Source: Solirubrobacteraceae bacterium (GTDB lineage: Bacteria > Actinomycetota > Thermoleophilia > Solirubrobacterales > Solirubrobacteraceae). From it: a DNA stretch of 64,000 bases. Position numbers and translations under genes: made by a program. Positions 11,495 to 21,816 of the stretch are shown here, piece by piece. Positions within the stretch are counted from its first letter, which is position 1. Each line of letters starts with the position of its first letter. The DNA is taken from positions 39,386 through 103,385 of the forward strand of contig JAUYGN010000079.1 in the NCBI GenBank assembly GCA_030690545.1, given 5' to 3'. The notes beneath the pieces are model-generated. The model made no database searches. It had not been told where the DNA came from and was given only the letters and a program-made list of their open reading frames with translations.

Positions 11495-12556
11495 ATGATC
11501 GAGCTGCTCGTCGGGACCCGCAAGGGTCTCTTCGTGCTCGACGGCGAGCCGGGGTCGCGATTTGCGATCACGACGCGTGCGTTCGTCGGCGAGCCCGTCG
11601 ACTACGCGACGCGCGACCCGCGCAGCGGACGCCTGTTCGCCGCCGTCACCTCACCGTTCTGGGGTCCGCGCATCTGGTACACCGACGGAGACCCGGCCGG
11701 TGAGTGGGAGCCTGCGCGCGGCGTCGCGCTGCCGAAGGGCGGCAGGGAGGCGCTCAAGCGCATCTGGGTGATCGTGCCCGGCGAGGCCCCCGGGCTGCTC
11801 TATGCGGGCGGGGACCCCGGCGTGCTGTTCGAGAGCCGCGACGACGGCGCGACCTGGGCGCTCAACAAGGCTCTCTGGGAGCACCCGACGCGGCCGCGCT
11901 GGCGGCGTGACTCGGGCGGCCTGTCGGTCCACTCGATCGCGCCCTGGCCCGGCGACCCGCAGCGCCTGGCGCTGGCGATCTCGGCGGCCGGCGTCTGGCT
12001 GACCGAGGACGGCGGTCTGACCTGGTCGCACGGCAACGCCGGGATCGTCGCCGACTACCTGCCCGAGGAGACGCGGGCACACGCGATCGACCTCTGCGTG
12101 CATCATCTCGAGCGCGCGCGGCTGCAGCCCGAGCGACTGTTCCTGCAGTTCCACGGCGGCGTCTACCGCTCCGACGACGCCGGCCGGTCGTGGACCGGCA
12201 TCGCCGCCGGCCTGCCGCACGACTTCGGCTTTCCCGTCGTGCTCGATCCGGCCGATCCCGACAGCGCGTACGTGATCCCCGTCACGACCGAGGACCGCGT
12301 CACCGACGGGCGCGTCGTCGTCTTCGAGACGCGCGACGCGGGCGCCAGCTGGATCCCGCGTGACGAAGGCCTGCCGCAGGACGACGCCTACCTCTCGATC
12401 CTGCGCCAGTCGTTCGCGGCGACCGGCGAGGGATCGTCGCTGGAGCTCTACTTCGGCGCGACCTCGGGCGAGATCTTCGGCTCGAGCGACGCCGGTGCGA
12501 GCTGGTTTCGCGTCGCCTGGCGGTTGCCGGCGATCGCGTCGGTCCGCCCCGGCTGA
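11495..12556 (+). CDS. BNR/Asp-box beta-propeller protein (sialidase-like fold)
   Basis: LLVGTRKGLF; repeated SxDxGxTW boxes (SRDDGATW, TEDGGLTW, SDDAGRSW, TRDAGASW, SSDAGASW). Confidence 0.88.
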   Translation: MIELLVGTRKGLFVLDGEPGSRFAITTRAFVGEPVDYATRDPRSGRLFAAVTSPFWGPRIWYTDGDPAGEWEPARGVALPKGGREALKRIWVIVPGEAPGLLYAGGDPGVLFESRDDGATWALNKALWEHPTRPRWRRDSGGLSVHSIAPWPGDPQRLALAISAAGVWLTEDGGLTWSHGNAGIVADYLPEETRAHAIDLCVHHLERARLQPERLFLQFHGGVYRSDDAGRSWTGIAAGLPHDFGFPVVLDPADPDSAYVIPVTTEDRVTDGRVVVFETRDAGASWIPRDEGLPQDDAYLSILRQSFAATGEGSSLELYFGATSGEIFGSSDAGASWFRVAWRLPAIASVRPG

Positions 12557-12615
12557 ACGCGACCGCACGACCTCCGCAGGCGCCGACGCGCGCGCGACGA
12601 TTACCCTGGCGGGCG

Positions 12616-13515
12616 ATGACCGTCATCCCCGCTTCCGCCGCGCGCCGCTCATGCCTGTCCGTTCCGGGCTCGTCGGCGTCGATGCTCGCCAAGGCGCCGC
12701 TGCGCGGCGCCGACGAGGTCATCGTCGATCTCGAGGACGCCGTCGCCGTCGCCGCGAAGGACGACGCGCGCGAGACGACCCTCGCGGCGCTCGGCGAGCC
12801 GCAGTGGCACGGCGTGCGCGCGAGCGTGCGGGTCAACGCGCCGCGCACCCCCTGGTGCCATGCCGACATCGTCGCGATCGCCTCGGCCACGACCGGCCCG
12901 GAGTCGATCATCGTGCCCAAGGTCGAGAGCGCGGGCGACCTGGCGTTCGTCGACCGCCTGCTCGACGGCGCCGAGGCCGCGGCTCGGACCGGCCGCCGTC
13001 CGCTGCGCGTGCAGGCGCTGATCGAGACCGCCGCCGGCATCGCTCGCCTCGACGAGATCGCCGGCGCGTCGTCACGCCTGGACTCGCTGATCCTCGGCTA
13101 CGCCGATCTGTCGGCGTCGCTCGGTCGGGCGGCAGGCGCCGGGGCCGAGCTGGACTCGTGGCGCGCGATCCAGGACGCGGTCCTCGTCGCGGCGCGCACG
13201 CACGACGTCGCGGCGATCGACGGGCCATACCTGGGGATCGCCGTCGACGAGGGCTTCATCGCGGCCGCGCAACGCGCCCGCGCGATGGGATTCGACGGCA
13301 AGTGGGCGATCCATCCGGCGCAGGTCGCGGCGCTCAACGCCCTGTTCACCCCCTCCGACGAGGAGGTCGAGCACGCGCGCGCGGTGATCGGTGCGCTCGA
13401 TGATGCGGAGCGGGAGGGCGGCGCCGGCGCCGTGGCGCTCGACGGTCAGATGCTCGACGAGGCCGTCCGCGTCGCCGCGCTGCGCGTGCTCGCGCGTGCC
13501 GGCACCGCTGCCTGA
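12616..13515 (+). CDS. CitE-like HpcH/HpaI CoA-ester lyase
   Basis: RRSCLSVPGS, DLEDAV, VPKVES, LIET, GFDGKWAIHPAQV. Confidence 0.92.
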   Translation: MTVIPASAARRSCLSVPGSSASMLAKAPLRGADEVIVDLEDAVAVAAKDDARETTLAALGEPQWHGVRASVRVNAPRTPWCHADIVAIASATTGPESIIVPKVESAGDLAFVDRLLDGAEAAARTGRRPLRVQALIETAAGIARLDEIAGASSRLDSLILGYADLSASLGRAAGAGAELDSWRAIQDAVLVAARTHDVAAIDGPYLGIAVDEGFIAAAQRARAMGFDGKWAIHPAQVAALNALFTPSDEEVEHARAVIGALDDAEREGGAGAVALDGQMLDEAVRVAALRVLARAGTAA

Positions 13516-13537
13516 GCGGCCCGCCGCAGCCCGCGCG

Positions 13538-14020
13538 TCATTCGCAGAACGGGATCCTCGGGATGCCGATCAGCGTGACCCGCTTCGTCGTCGTGTCGAC
13601 GGCGAACTCGATCCTGCCGCCGCCCTGCCTGGGCACGCGCACGAGCGTGATCGCGAACGTCGCGTCGGTGCTGTGATCGAACCGCGCCGCGGGGAACGCC
13701 CTCCTGATCGCAGCGGAGGTCGAGCCGATCCGCACGCCGCGGGCGGCCGCGCCACCACGGATGACGATCGTCGCCACCTTGCGCGGCGCGCGGCGCGTGA
13801 GGTCGACCGATCCGCGCAGCGGCGCCCGCAGCGATGCCGAGCGCGTGCCCGGTCCCGCGAGCTCGCAACCGGGTCGGAGCTTGCCGAGATGCCCGCCCGC
13901 GCGCAGCGCCGTATAGGTCTTGCCGAGCTTGACGGCGCCGACACCGGACGGCGTCGCCGACCGGGGCGCGGCAGCGACCGCGACGGCCACGGCGCCCGAC
14001 GCCGCGAGCGTGACGATCAT
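13538..14020 (-). CDS. Secreted hypothetical protein
   Basis: Signal-like N-terminus then GVGAVKLGKT...RGVRIGST; start may be 14095. Confidence 0.65.
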   Translation of the reverse strand: MIVTLAASGAVAVAVAAAPRSATPSGVGAVKLGKTYTALRAGGHLGKLRPGCELAGPGTRSASLRAPLRGSVDLTRRAPRKVATIVIRGGAAARGVRIGSTSAAIRRAFPAARFDHSTDATFAITLVRVPRQGGGRIEFAVDTTTKRVTLIGIPRIPFCE

Positions 14021-14294
14021 GGCGAGCGCCGAGCGGCCGCGAGTCCGTCCCGCATGCGCAGTGAATAGACTGGCGAGAACGGGTATTGGACGCACCGGAG
14101 GATGGTATCGCGCCGCATTTGTTGCTCGCGCAATCATCTGATACGATGCCGCGCGGCGTCGTGTGGGCACCCCCCACTCGCGCGACCGCCTCCTCTCCCA
14201 TTGTTCAGAACGGGCCGCCGCTGCGGTGGCAATCGAGCAGACGTGTGGGATGAGTCGCGAACGACGACGCGCCGACACATCTGAAAGGGATCGC

Positions 14295-15239
14295 ATGGCT
14301 AGGACTACGACAACGAGCGCGCGCCGACGTGGCGAACACAGCGCCCCCCCGAAGCGCCCCAAGCGCCGCACGCCGGCCGAGGAGTCCGCGCGGCAGACCG
14401 CCCGCGCCCAGGCCGAGATGACCGCCGACTCGCTGCAGACGTTCCTCAACCAGGCGTCGCGCTACGAGCTGCTCACAGCAGCCGAGGAGATCGCGCTCGC
14501 CAAGCGCATCGAGCGTGGCGACGTCGACGCCAAGGACCGCATGATCAATGCGAACCTGCGCCTCGTCGTCTCGCAGGCGCGCCGGTACCAGGGCCTCGGC
14601 CTGCCGCTCGGCGACCTCGTCCAGGAGGGCACGCTCGGACTGATCCGCGCGGCCGAGAAGTTCGACTGGCGCAAGGGCTTCAAGTTCTCGACGTACGCCA
14701 CGCTGTGGATCCGTCAGAGCATCCAGCGCGGCCTCGCGAACACGTCGCGGACGATTCGCCTCCCGACGCACATCGAGCAGCGCGAGCGCAAGCTCGCCCG
14801 CGTCGAGCGCGACCTGACGGCGAAGCTGTCACACGATCCGTCCGACGAGGAGGTCGCGGCCGCGGCCGACATGACGGTCGCCGACATCCTCGCCCTGCGC
14901 GAGGCGCGGCGTCACGTCACGAGCCTCGACGTGCCGATCGGCGACGACGGCGACAGCAATCTCGGCGACTTCATCGCCAGCGACCGTCCCGACCCCAGCG
15001 AAGAGGCCCAGACGAGCGAGCTCGAGCGCACGGTCGCCGACGCCCTCGGGCGGTTGACCGGCGAGGAGCGCCGCGTCGTCGAGCTGCGCTATGGGCTGCG
15101 TGACGGTCGCGAGCGGTCGATCGAGGCGACGAGCCGCGAGCTGAGCATCACCCGTGATCGCGCCCGCCAGCTCGAAGAGGCCGCGATGCGCAGCCTCGAG
15201 GGCGAGGCTGCGCTCGCCGGGCTGCGCGAAGCCGCCTAG
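14295..15239 (+). CDS. RNA polymerase sigma-70 factor, group 1/2-like without region 1.1
   Basis: DSLQTFL, LLTAAEE, NLRLVVS, DLVQEG, EKFDWRKGFKFSTYATLWIRQ, region 4 HTH; RBS GAAAGGGA. Confidence 0.93.
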   Translation: MARTTTTSARRRGEHSAPPKRPKRRTPAEESARQTARAQAEMTADSLQTFLNQASRYELLTAAEEIALAKRIERGDVDAKDRMINANLRLVVSQARRYQGLGLPLGDLVQEGTLGLIRAAEKFDWRKGFKFSTYATLWIRQSIQRGLANTSRTIRLPTHIEQRERKLARVERDLTAKLSHDPSDEEVAAAADMTVADILALREARRHVTSLDVPIGDDGDSNLGDFIASDRPDPSEEAQTSELERTVADALGRLTGEERRVVELRYGLRDGRERSIEATSRELSITRDRARQLEEAAMRSLEGEAALAGLREAA

Positions 15240-15249
15240 CGCAGGAGCG

Positions 15250-15897
15250 TCAGGATCCCGCCGGCGGCTTGCCGGCGGGCCGTCCGCCAAGCTTGATCGT
15301 GCCCTGCTTGAAGGGGATCGAGCCCAGCGATCCCTGGGCGATCCGCCAGGCCGGCTCGACTGGCGGAGGCGGCTCGGCGCCTGCGTCGGACTCAGCGCCC
15401 GCGTCCGGCTCGGCCTCGCCGGCGTCCGGCTCGGCCTCGTCGGCGACCGGCTCGGCCTCGGCAGCCAGAGCCGTTTCAGCAGCCGGCGTCGCTTCGGCGA
15501 CCGGCACGTCCTCGGTGGCTGACTCCGGCGCCGTGGCTGACTCCGGCGCCGTGGCTGCCTCCGGCGCCGCAGCTGGATCCGGCTGGGCGGCCGGCGGCGG
15601 ATCGCCGGCTGCCTCGTCCGGCGCCGGGGCAGGCGCCGCCTCGGCCTCGGTGGCCGCGGGGCTCGCCGCCAGATGGATCGGGCCGTGGCCGACGACCGTG
15701 CCGTCGGGACCGACGAAGCCCGGATCGGCCCCGGGCTGCGGCTCCGCGGCCGGCACGCTCAGAAGCGGCGCCGGCGTCTGCGCGCCGGCTCCACGATCAC
15801 CGCGTGAGCCACGCGCCGCGAGCAGGATGCCGAGCACGATCGCCAGGACGGCGATCGCCGCAGTCGGCGCGTCACCCAGAGCCGCCAGAAGCTGCAT
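15250..15897 (-). CDS. Membrane-anchored Ala/Pro/Glu-rich hypothetical protein
   Basis: N-terminal TM, low-complexity acidic linker, short non-repetitive C-terminus. Confidence 0.6.
   Translation of the reverse strand: MQLLAALGDAPTAAIAVLAIVLGILLAARGSRGDRGAGAQTPAPLLSVPAAEPQPGADPGFVGPDGTVVGHGPIHLAASPAATEAEAAPAPAPDEAAGDPPPAAQPDPAAAPEAATAPESATAPESATEDVPVAEATPAAETALAAEAEPVADEAEPDAGEAEPDAGAESDAGAEPPPPVEPAWRIAQGSLGSIPFKQGTIKLGGRPAGKPPAGS
15401..15568. repeat. Intragenic tandem repeats (3 x 21 bp and 3 x 18 bp)
   Basis: GCGTCCGGCTCGGCCTCGCCG-like x3 at 15401-15463; GTGGCTGACTCCGGCGCC-like x3 at 15515-15568. Confidence 0.8.
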
Positions 15898-15906
15898 ACC
15901 GGAAGC

Positions 15907-16416
15907 CTACGCCTCGGCCCTGTCGTATACGTCGGCAGCGTCAGCTCCCATCACCCGCTCGGCCATCTCGGCCTTCAGCTCGTCCAAGCGCGCATCGTCG
16001 GCTGCGCTGCGCCCATCCTTGCGCGCGAGGTCGATGAACTCGGGTGGCACGTAGCCGTCGCGCAGCACGAGCGTCACCGAGCGCCCCCCGTAGCTGACCT
16101 CGAACACGAAGCGCTCGCGCTCGCGACCGAGCTCGGGACGCGCGAGCGAGCGATCGACCGTGTAGCGCTCGCCGCTGACCGCCCGCGTCACGAGCTCGAA
16201 GCCGTCGCGCGCGCCGGGACCCCCGAACGACGTCCGCAGCACGATCTCGCGCCGCGCCGGCACCTCGCCGTCCGCGGTCAGCAGCGCGAAGGCGCGCTCC
16301 ATGACCTTGAAGGCGTGGGCGACGCCACCCGGCGAACCCGGGCCGTGATACTTCATCATGTCCTCGAACGAGTAGGCGATCGTCCGCCCGAGCTCGCGTA
16401 CCTCGATCAGCGTCAT
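15907..16416 (-). CDS. FmdE-like hypothetical protein
   Basis: FEDMMKYHGPGSPGGVAHAF...GPGARDGFELVTRA; ATGA-coupled to the upstream hydrolase. Confidence 0.7.
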   Translation of the reverse strand: MTLIEVRELGRTIAYSFEDMMKYHGPGSPGGVAHAFKVMERAFALLTADGEVPARREIVLRTSFGGPGARDGFELVTRAVSGERYTVDRSLARPELGRERERFVFEVSYGGRSVTLVLRDGYVPPEFIDLARKDGRSAADDARLDELKAEMAERVMGADAADVYDRAEA

Positions 16417-17231
16417 GGGCTGGACGGTACCCCTGTCGCCAGCGCGAACCGCCGCACGAGCTCGGCGGACCGCTGGGGCTGCTCCCAGAAGAACAGATGG
16501 CCAGCGCCGTCGAGCAGCTCCAGGCGCGCACCCGGGATCAGCGACGCGACGAGCTCTCCGTTGATCGGCGCCAGGATCTCGTCCGCCGTTCCGTGGATGA
16601 CGAGCGTCGGGATCCGCAGGCCGCGCAGGCGGGCGTACGTGTCGTGGGCGTCGGCGGCGCCCTTCTGGGAGAGCAGGACCGGTATCCCGGCGGGTGCCCG
16701 CCGGGCAGCCGCCTCGAACGCGGCATAGTGTCCCGGGCCGGAGGTGTGGGCGCGCGAGAGGACGAGCTCGAAGCCCGTGCGCAGCATCCGCTCGCGATCG
16801 CGCGACAGCACGGCGGCCGTCAGGCGCTGGACGACCTCCGGCGCAATCGCCTTGGACTGCGTTCCGCCGCACGAGGTGCAGCCGAGCGTCAACGTCCTGA
16901 CGCGGTGCGGCGCGGCCAGCGCGAGCTCCTGGGCCACCATCCCGCCCATCGAGACGCCGAGCACGTGAGCGGCGGGGACGTCGAGCGCGTCGAGCATCGC
17001 GATCGCGTCGCTCGCCAGGCCAGCGATCGTGACGTCGTCTTGCTGCGGGGCGCTGCCCCCGACGCCGCGGTGGTCGTAGACGATCAGCTCGAAGTCGCGC
17101 TGCAGGCTCGCGAGGAACGGCTCGCCCCAGTGGGCACCGTGCGCGCCCATGCCCTGGATGAGCAGCATGGGCTCCCCGGCGCCGCGGCGCTCGTACTGCA
17201 GTTCGCCGCCTGCAACGGCCACGGTTGGCAC
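16413..17231 (-). CDS. Alpha/beta hydrolase
   Basis: GVSMGG nucleophile elbow, YDHRGVG, HGTAD, GAGHLFF. Confidence 0.92.
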   Translation of the reverse strand: MPTVAVAGGELQYERRGAGEPMLLIQGMGAHGAHWGEPFLASLQRDFELIVYDHRGVGGSAPQQDDVTIAGLASDAIAMLDALDVPAAHVLGVSMGGMVAQELALAAPHRVRTLTLGCTSCGGTQSKAIAPEVVQRLTAAVLSRDRERMLRTGFELVLSRAHTSGPGHYAAFEAAARRAPAGIPVLLSQKGAADAHDTYARLRGLRIPTLVIHGTADEILAPINGELVASLIPGARLELLDGAGHLFFWEQPQRSAELVRRFALATGVPSSP

Positions 17232-17296
17232 CCGCCGCACGCTACCGCTTCGCGCTGGGTCGACCTGCCGCCCCGTTTCCTGGCAGGCTGTGCCGT

Positions 17297-17842
17297 ATGC
17301 GCATTCCCCGAATCCTGCTGCTGCTCGTTGTGCTCAGCCTGACCGGCACGATGCTCGTCGCCTGTGGCAGCGAGCAGGACGAGGAGCCTGCCGAGCCGTC
17401 GGTCGCCACCCTCGAGGGCGAGGGATTCACCGTCGCGATGCCCGGTACTCCGAAGCGGGAGGTCATCACCGCGCAGACCTCCGCGGGCCCCGTGCCGATC
17501 ACGGCGTACATCGCCGAGCGCGGGTCGGACGGGTTCTCGCTGAGCGTGCTGACGGTGCCGAAGGGCGTGAAGAGCGACCTCGACGAAGCGGTCAAGGGCG
17601 CGGCGGCGAGCGTCAAGGGAACGCTGCAGAACACGAGGCAGGCGACCTATCAGGGCTTCCCGGCGCGCGACGCGCGGATCACGAACGCGCGCGACCCCAA
17701 CGGCAACGCCGGCACGGTCTTCGCTCGCGTGATCGCGGCCAAGGGGCGGATCTTCCAGCTGCAGTTCGTCGTGGGCGAGGCCAACGTGCGGACGCCGCCG
17801 ACGGCCTACACGGAGTTCATCTCGTCGTTGAAGATCGCCTGA
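17297..17842 (+). CDS. Putative lipoprotein
   Basis: Signal peptide with lipobox LVAC-G. Confidence 0.75.
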   Translation: MRIPRILLLLVVLSLTGTMLVACGSEQDEEPAEPSVATLEGEGFTVAMPGTPKREVITAQTSAGPVPITAYIAERGSDGFSLSVLTVPKGVKSDLDEAVKGAAASVKGTLQNTRQATYQGFPARDARITNARDPNGNAGTVFARVIAAKGRIFQLQFVVGEANVRTPPTAYTEFISSLKIA

Positions 17843-17981
17843 GGCAGGCGGCAGGCGGCGACGCGACGGCGTCCGGTCCGCTGGGGACGACGTCGTCGCC
17901 GAGCTGACCGTAGGATGGGGCCGGGCTGCGGGTTGTGCCCGCAGACCATGACTCGTACCGGGGAAACGAGGGGGCGCCGGC

Positions 17982-18197
17982 ATGCCTACGCAGTCACGAA
18001 CGTTGATGCGATGCGAACGCTGCCGGGCTGCGATCAGCAGCGCCGACGCCTCGGACCGGATCCGGCACGGCGTCGCCTGCGGGGTCTGCGGCGGGACGCT
18101 CACGCTCCCGGACGGGCAGTGGCGCACGGACGGCACCGACGACCCGCCGGAGCCGCGGCGTCAGGCGAGCGACTCCCAGCCCAGCAGCTCGCCGTAG
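17982..18197 (+). CDS. Small zinc-ribbon protein
   Basis: CERC...CGVCGG; GAGGGGG RBS upstream. Confidence 0.45.
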   Translation: MPTQSRTLMRCERCRAAISSADASDRIRHGVACGVCGGTLTLPDGQWRTDGTDDPPEPRRQASDSQPSSSP

Positions 18198-18418
18198 CAA
18201 CGCACCAGCTCGTCCCACGCCGTCCTCAGCTCGCCGCGAGCGGCGTCGAGGATCTCGGCGGGCGCGGGCTCGGGCGTCCAGCGGTTCTTGATCGGCTCGG
18301 TGGCGACGAGCGACTCGAGCTCCTTGGAGGCGGTTCGCAGACGCTCACCGGCACGGCGCAGTCGGCGACGCTCCTCTTCGGTCAGCTCCTCGGGCGTGGA
18401 CGCCATCGTCGCCATCAT
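18161..18418 (-). CDS. Small helical hypothetical protein
   Basis: 85-aa ORF with protein-like composition. Confidence 0.6.
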   Translation of the reverse strand: MMATMASTPEELTEEERRRLRRAGERLRTASKELESLVATEPIKNRWTPEPAPAEILDAARGELRTAWDELVRCYGELLGWESLA

Positions 18419-18489
18419 GCCTCAAGTCCGGACCGCACGTGCGCTTGTGCAAGCGCAGCGGACGACGCCACGACCTATCGTGATGCCCG

Positions 18490-19725
18490 ATGACGGGCTC
18501 GCGAATCGGTCCTCGGCGGGGTGCGCGCTCGTGGCGCGCGGGGCTGGCGTGCGCTGCGGCGGGCCTCTGCATCGCTCCCGCCGTCGCCGCGGCCGACGTC
18601 TTCAACGGGCGGATCGCCTTCAGCAGCGTGCGCTCCGACCCGCAGGCGCGCAGCTTCGACATCTTCAGCATGAACGCCGACGGCAGCGGGGTGCGGCAGC
18701 TGACGACCAACCCGCGGCGCGACCGCCAGCCGGCCTGGTCGCCCGGCGGCCGGCACATCGTCTACTCGATCGACAAGCCCGACTCGGAGATCAACTTCGA
18801 GGTCGCGCGGATGACGGCCGACGGAACCGGGCATCGCCGGCTGACGACGACCGCGGAGCGCCAGGCATCCAGCCAGCCGGCGTGGCTGCCGAACGGGCGC
18901 GGGATCCTCTTTCGCCGCAGCGGGCCGACGAGCCGCACGACGTCGATCTGGCAGATGGGTCCGCTCGGCCAGCGGCCGGCGCTCCGCTTCAGCCCCGCGC
19001 AGCCGGCGCTCTATCCGAGCTGGTCGCCGGACATGCGCCGCGTCCTCTACACGGGCATCATGTCCCCGACGGGCGACACCGACCGGGGGATCTTCACGCT
19101 CGACGCCGACGGAGGCCGGCCGCGGACGCTGTTCGACGTCCCCGGCGCCTTCGACTCGGCCCCGGCGTGGTCGCCCGACGGCAGGCGGATCGCGTTCGAG
19201 AGCACCGCCAACGTCGACGGCGCCAACCCCGAGGGCGACATGGAGATCTGGGTGATGAACGCGGACGGAAGCGCGCCGCGGCAGCTGACGAGCAACGCCG
19301 CCCACGACGAGGGTCCGGCGTGGTCGCCCGACGGCCGGCTGATCGCCTATACGAGTGGTCCGGACGACAGCAACGGCGAGATCCACGTGATGACCGCGGC
19401 GGGCCGTCACGTGCGCCGGCTGACGCATTCCCCCGGCGCCGACGAATCGCCCGACTGGCAGGCGATCCCGGCGCCGCGCAGCGACCGTCGCTGCGGCGAC
19501 GTCACGCTGACCGCGCGCCGCGTGCGCGACGCCCGCAGCGCCGGCAAGGGACTCACCTGCCTGCAGACGCGCGGGCTCGCGCGGGCATGGGCGACCGGTG
19601 GGCGCCCGCGCAGCGTCCGCGGCTACACCGCGACCGTGGCGAACTTCGGCGGGCTCGAGCGGGTGCAGCTGCGCCGCCGCGACGGCGACGGGCGCCGACT
19701 CGTCGTCTTTCTGCATCGGCGCTAG
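18490..19725 (+). CDS. Secreted TolB-like (PD40) beta-propeller protein
   Basis: Signal peptide, NGRIAF, repeated PAWSPDG and MNADGS motifs. Confidence 0.88.
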   Translation: MTGSRIGPRRGARSWRAGLACAAAGLCIAPAVAAADVFNGRIAFSSVRSDPQARSFDIFSMNADGSGVRQLTTNPRRDRQPAWSPGGRHIVYSIDKPDSEINFEVARMTADGTGHRRLTTTAERQASSQPAWLPNGRGILFRRSGPTSRTTSIWQMGPLGQRPALRFSPAQPALYPSWSPDMRRVLYTGIMSPTGDTDRGIFTLDADGGRPRTLFDVPGAFDSAPAWSPDGRRIAFESTANVDGANPEGDMEIWVMNADGSAPRQLTSNAAHDEGPAWSPDGRLIAYTSGPDDSNGEIHVMTAAGRHVRRLTHSPGADESPDWQAIPAPRSDRRCGDVTLTARRVRDARSAGKGLTCLQTRGLARAWATGGRPRSVRGYTATVANFGGLERVQLRRRDGDGRRLVVFLHRR

Positions 19726-19782
19726 CGTCGCGAGGCTCGAGCTCGCATGCATCCGAGCTTCTGACTCGCGACACCGCAACCA

Positions 19783-20564
19783 CTACGCGTCGCGCGTCTG
19801 CAGCGCGGCCAAGGCTCCGCCGAGGAAGACGGTCAGCCAGCCCGCCAGGACGACGAGCGCGAGCGCGGGCGCCATCGTCGCCGTCGCGCCCTCCAGGTGA
19901 CCGGACGTGATCGCCTCGGCCGCCGCGCCCGGCAGGTAGTCCAGGACGTTGTCCTGCCACCACGCCGGCAACAGCGTGCCGAAGATCCCCGGCAGGAAGA
20001 TCAGCCCGAGGACGGACGTCACCGCGCCGGCGGTGCTGCGCAGCGCGAATCCGAGCGCGAGCGCGATCAGCGCCAGCACCGGCGCCAGCAGGCCGTCGGC
20101 GACCACGATCCGCAGCGCGTCGCCATCGGTCAGGCTCGCGGTCTGGAGACCGTAGGAGCCGAAGATCGCCTGCGCCACGAGGAACATCGTCGCGTTCGCG
20201 AGGAGCCCGGCGGCGAGCGTGATCGCTGCGACGACCGCCGCCTTGGCCGCCAGCACCCGGCCGCGCCGCGGCGTCGCCGTCAACGTCAGCCGGATCATGC
20301 CCGAGGTGTACTCCGACGTCGCAGCCGTCGCGCCGAGGACGACGAAGACGATCGCGCTGAAGATGCCTCCGAAGAGCGCGTCCCGGGCCGGATCGAACGC
20401 CGCTCGGTCGGCGGCGCTCGCGTCATTCCAGGTGGCGCCGATGACGATCGCGATCAGGGCGCTCATGCCAACCGCCAGCACGAGCGCGAGAGCGACCTTG
20501 ATCCAGGTGCCGCGCAGCGAGGCGAGCTTCGTCCACTCCGAGCGCAGCGTGACGGGGAACGCGG

Positions 20565-20568
<4 letters not shown>
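19783..20568 (-). CDS. ABC transporter permease
   Basis: LRSEWTKLASLR, TSEYTSGMIRLTL, PRRGRVLAAK; about 6 TM. Confidence 0.9.
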
Positions 20569-21472
<904 letters not shown>

Positions 21473-21476
<4 letters not shown>

Positions 21477-21751
21477 GACGCGCTCCCGTCGTCGTCCCTG
21501 CTGCGCCGGCCGAGCTCGCCGAGCGCGACGAGCGCGACGATGACGAGCAGCAGGCCGGGGCCGGGCAGGTCGCCGATGAAGCGCAGCCAGCCCGGCATGT
21601 CGGGCAGCGACATCCAGCTGAAGTCGATGCTGCCGGCGATCGCGCCGAGCGGATCGAGGACGATCACGACGGCGATCGCGGCGACGACGAGGATCGGCGC
21701 GAGGAGCTTCGCGAGGTGGTTGGGCATGTCGTTGACGGCGTTGTCGCTCAT
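21473..21751 (-). CDS. Small two-TM membrane protein
   Basis: Two hydrophobic segments; ATGA overlap with the ABC ATPase. Confidence 0.65.
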
Positions 21752-21816
21752 GGTGAGATCATCGACGTGCCGGCCGCCGAGCGCATCGGGCGCGAGGATG
21801 GTCTTGCGCTCCGTCT

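Noticed and set aside
14295..15239. This sigma factor as the WhiG partner of RsiG
   Set aside because: Its motifs (region 1.2, EKFD.RKGFKFSTYA..WIRQ) are group 1/2-type, not FliA/WhiG-type
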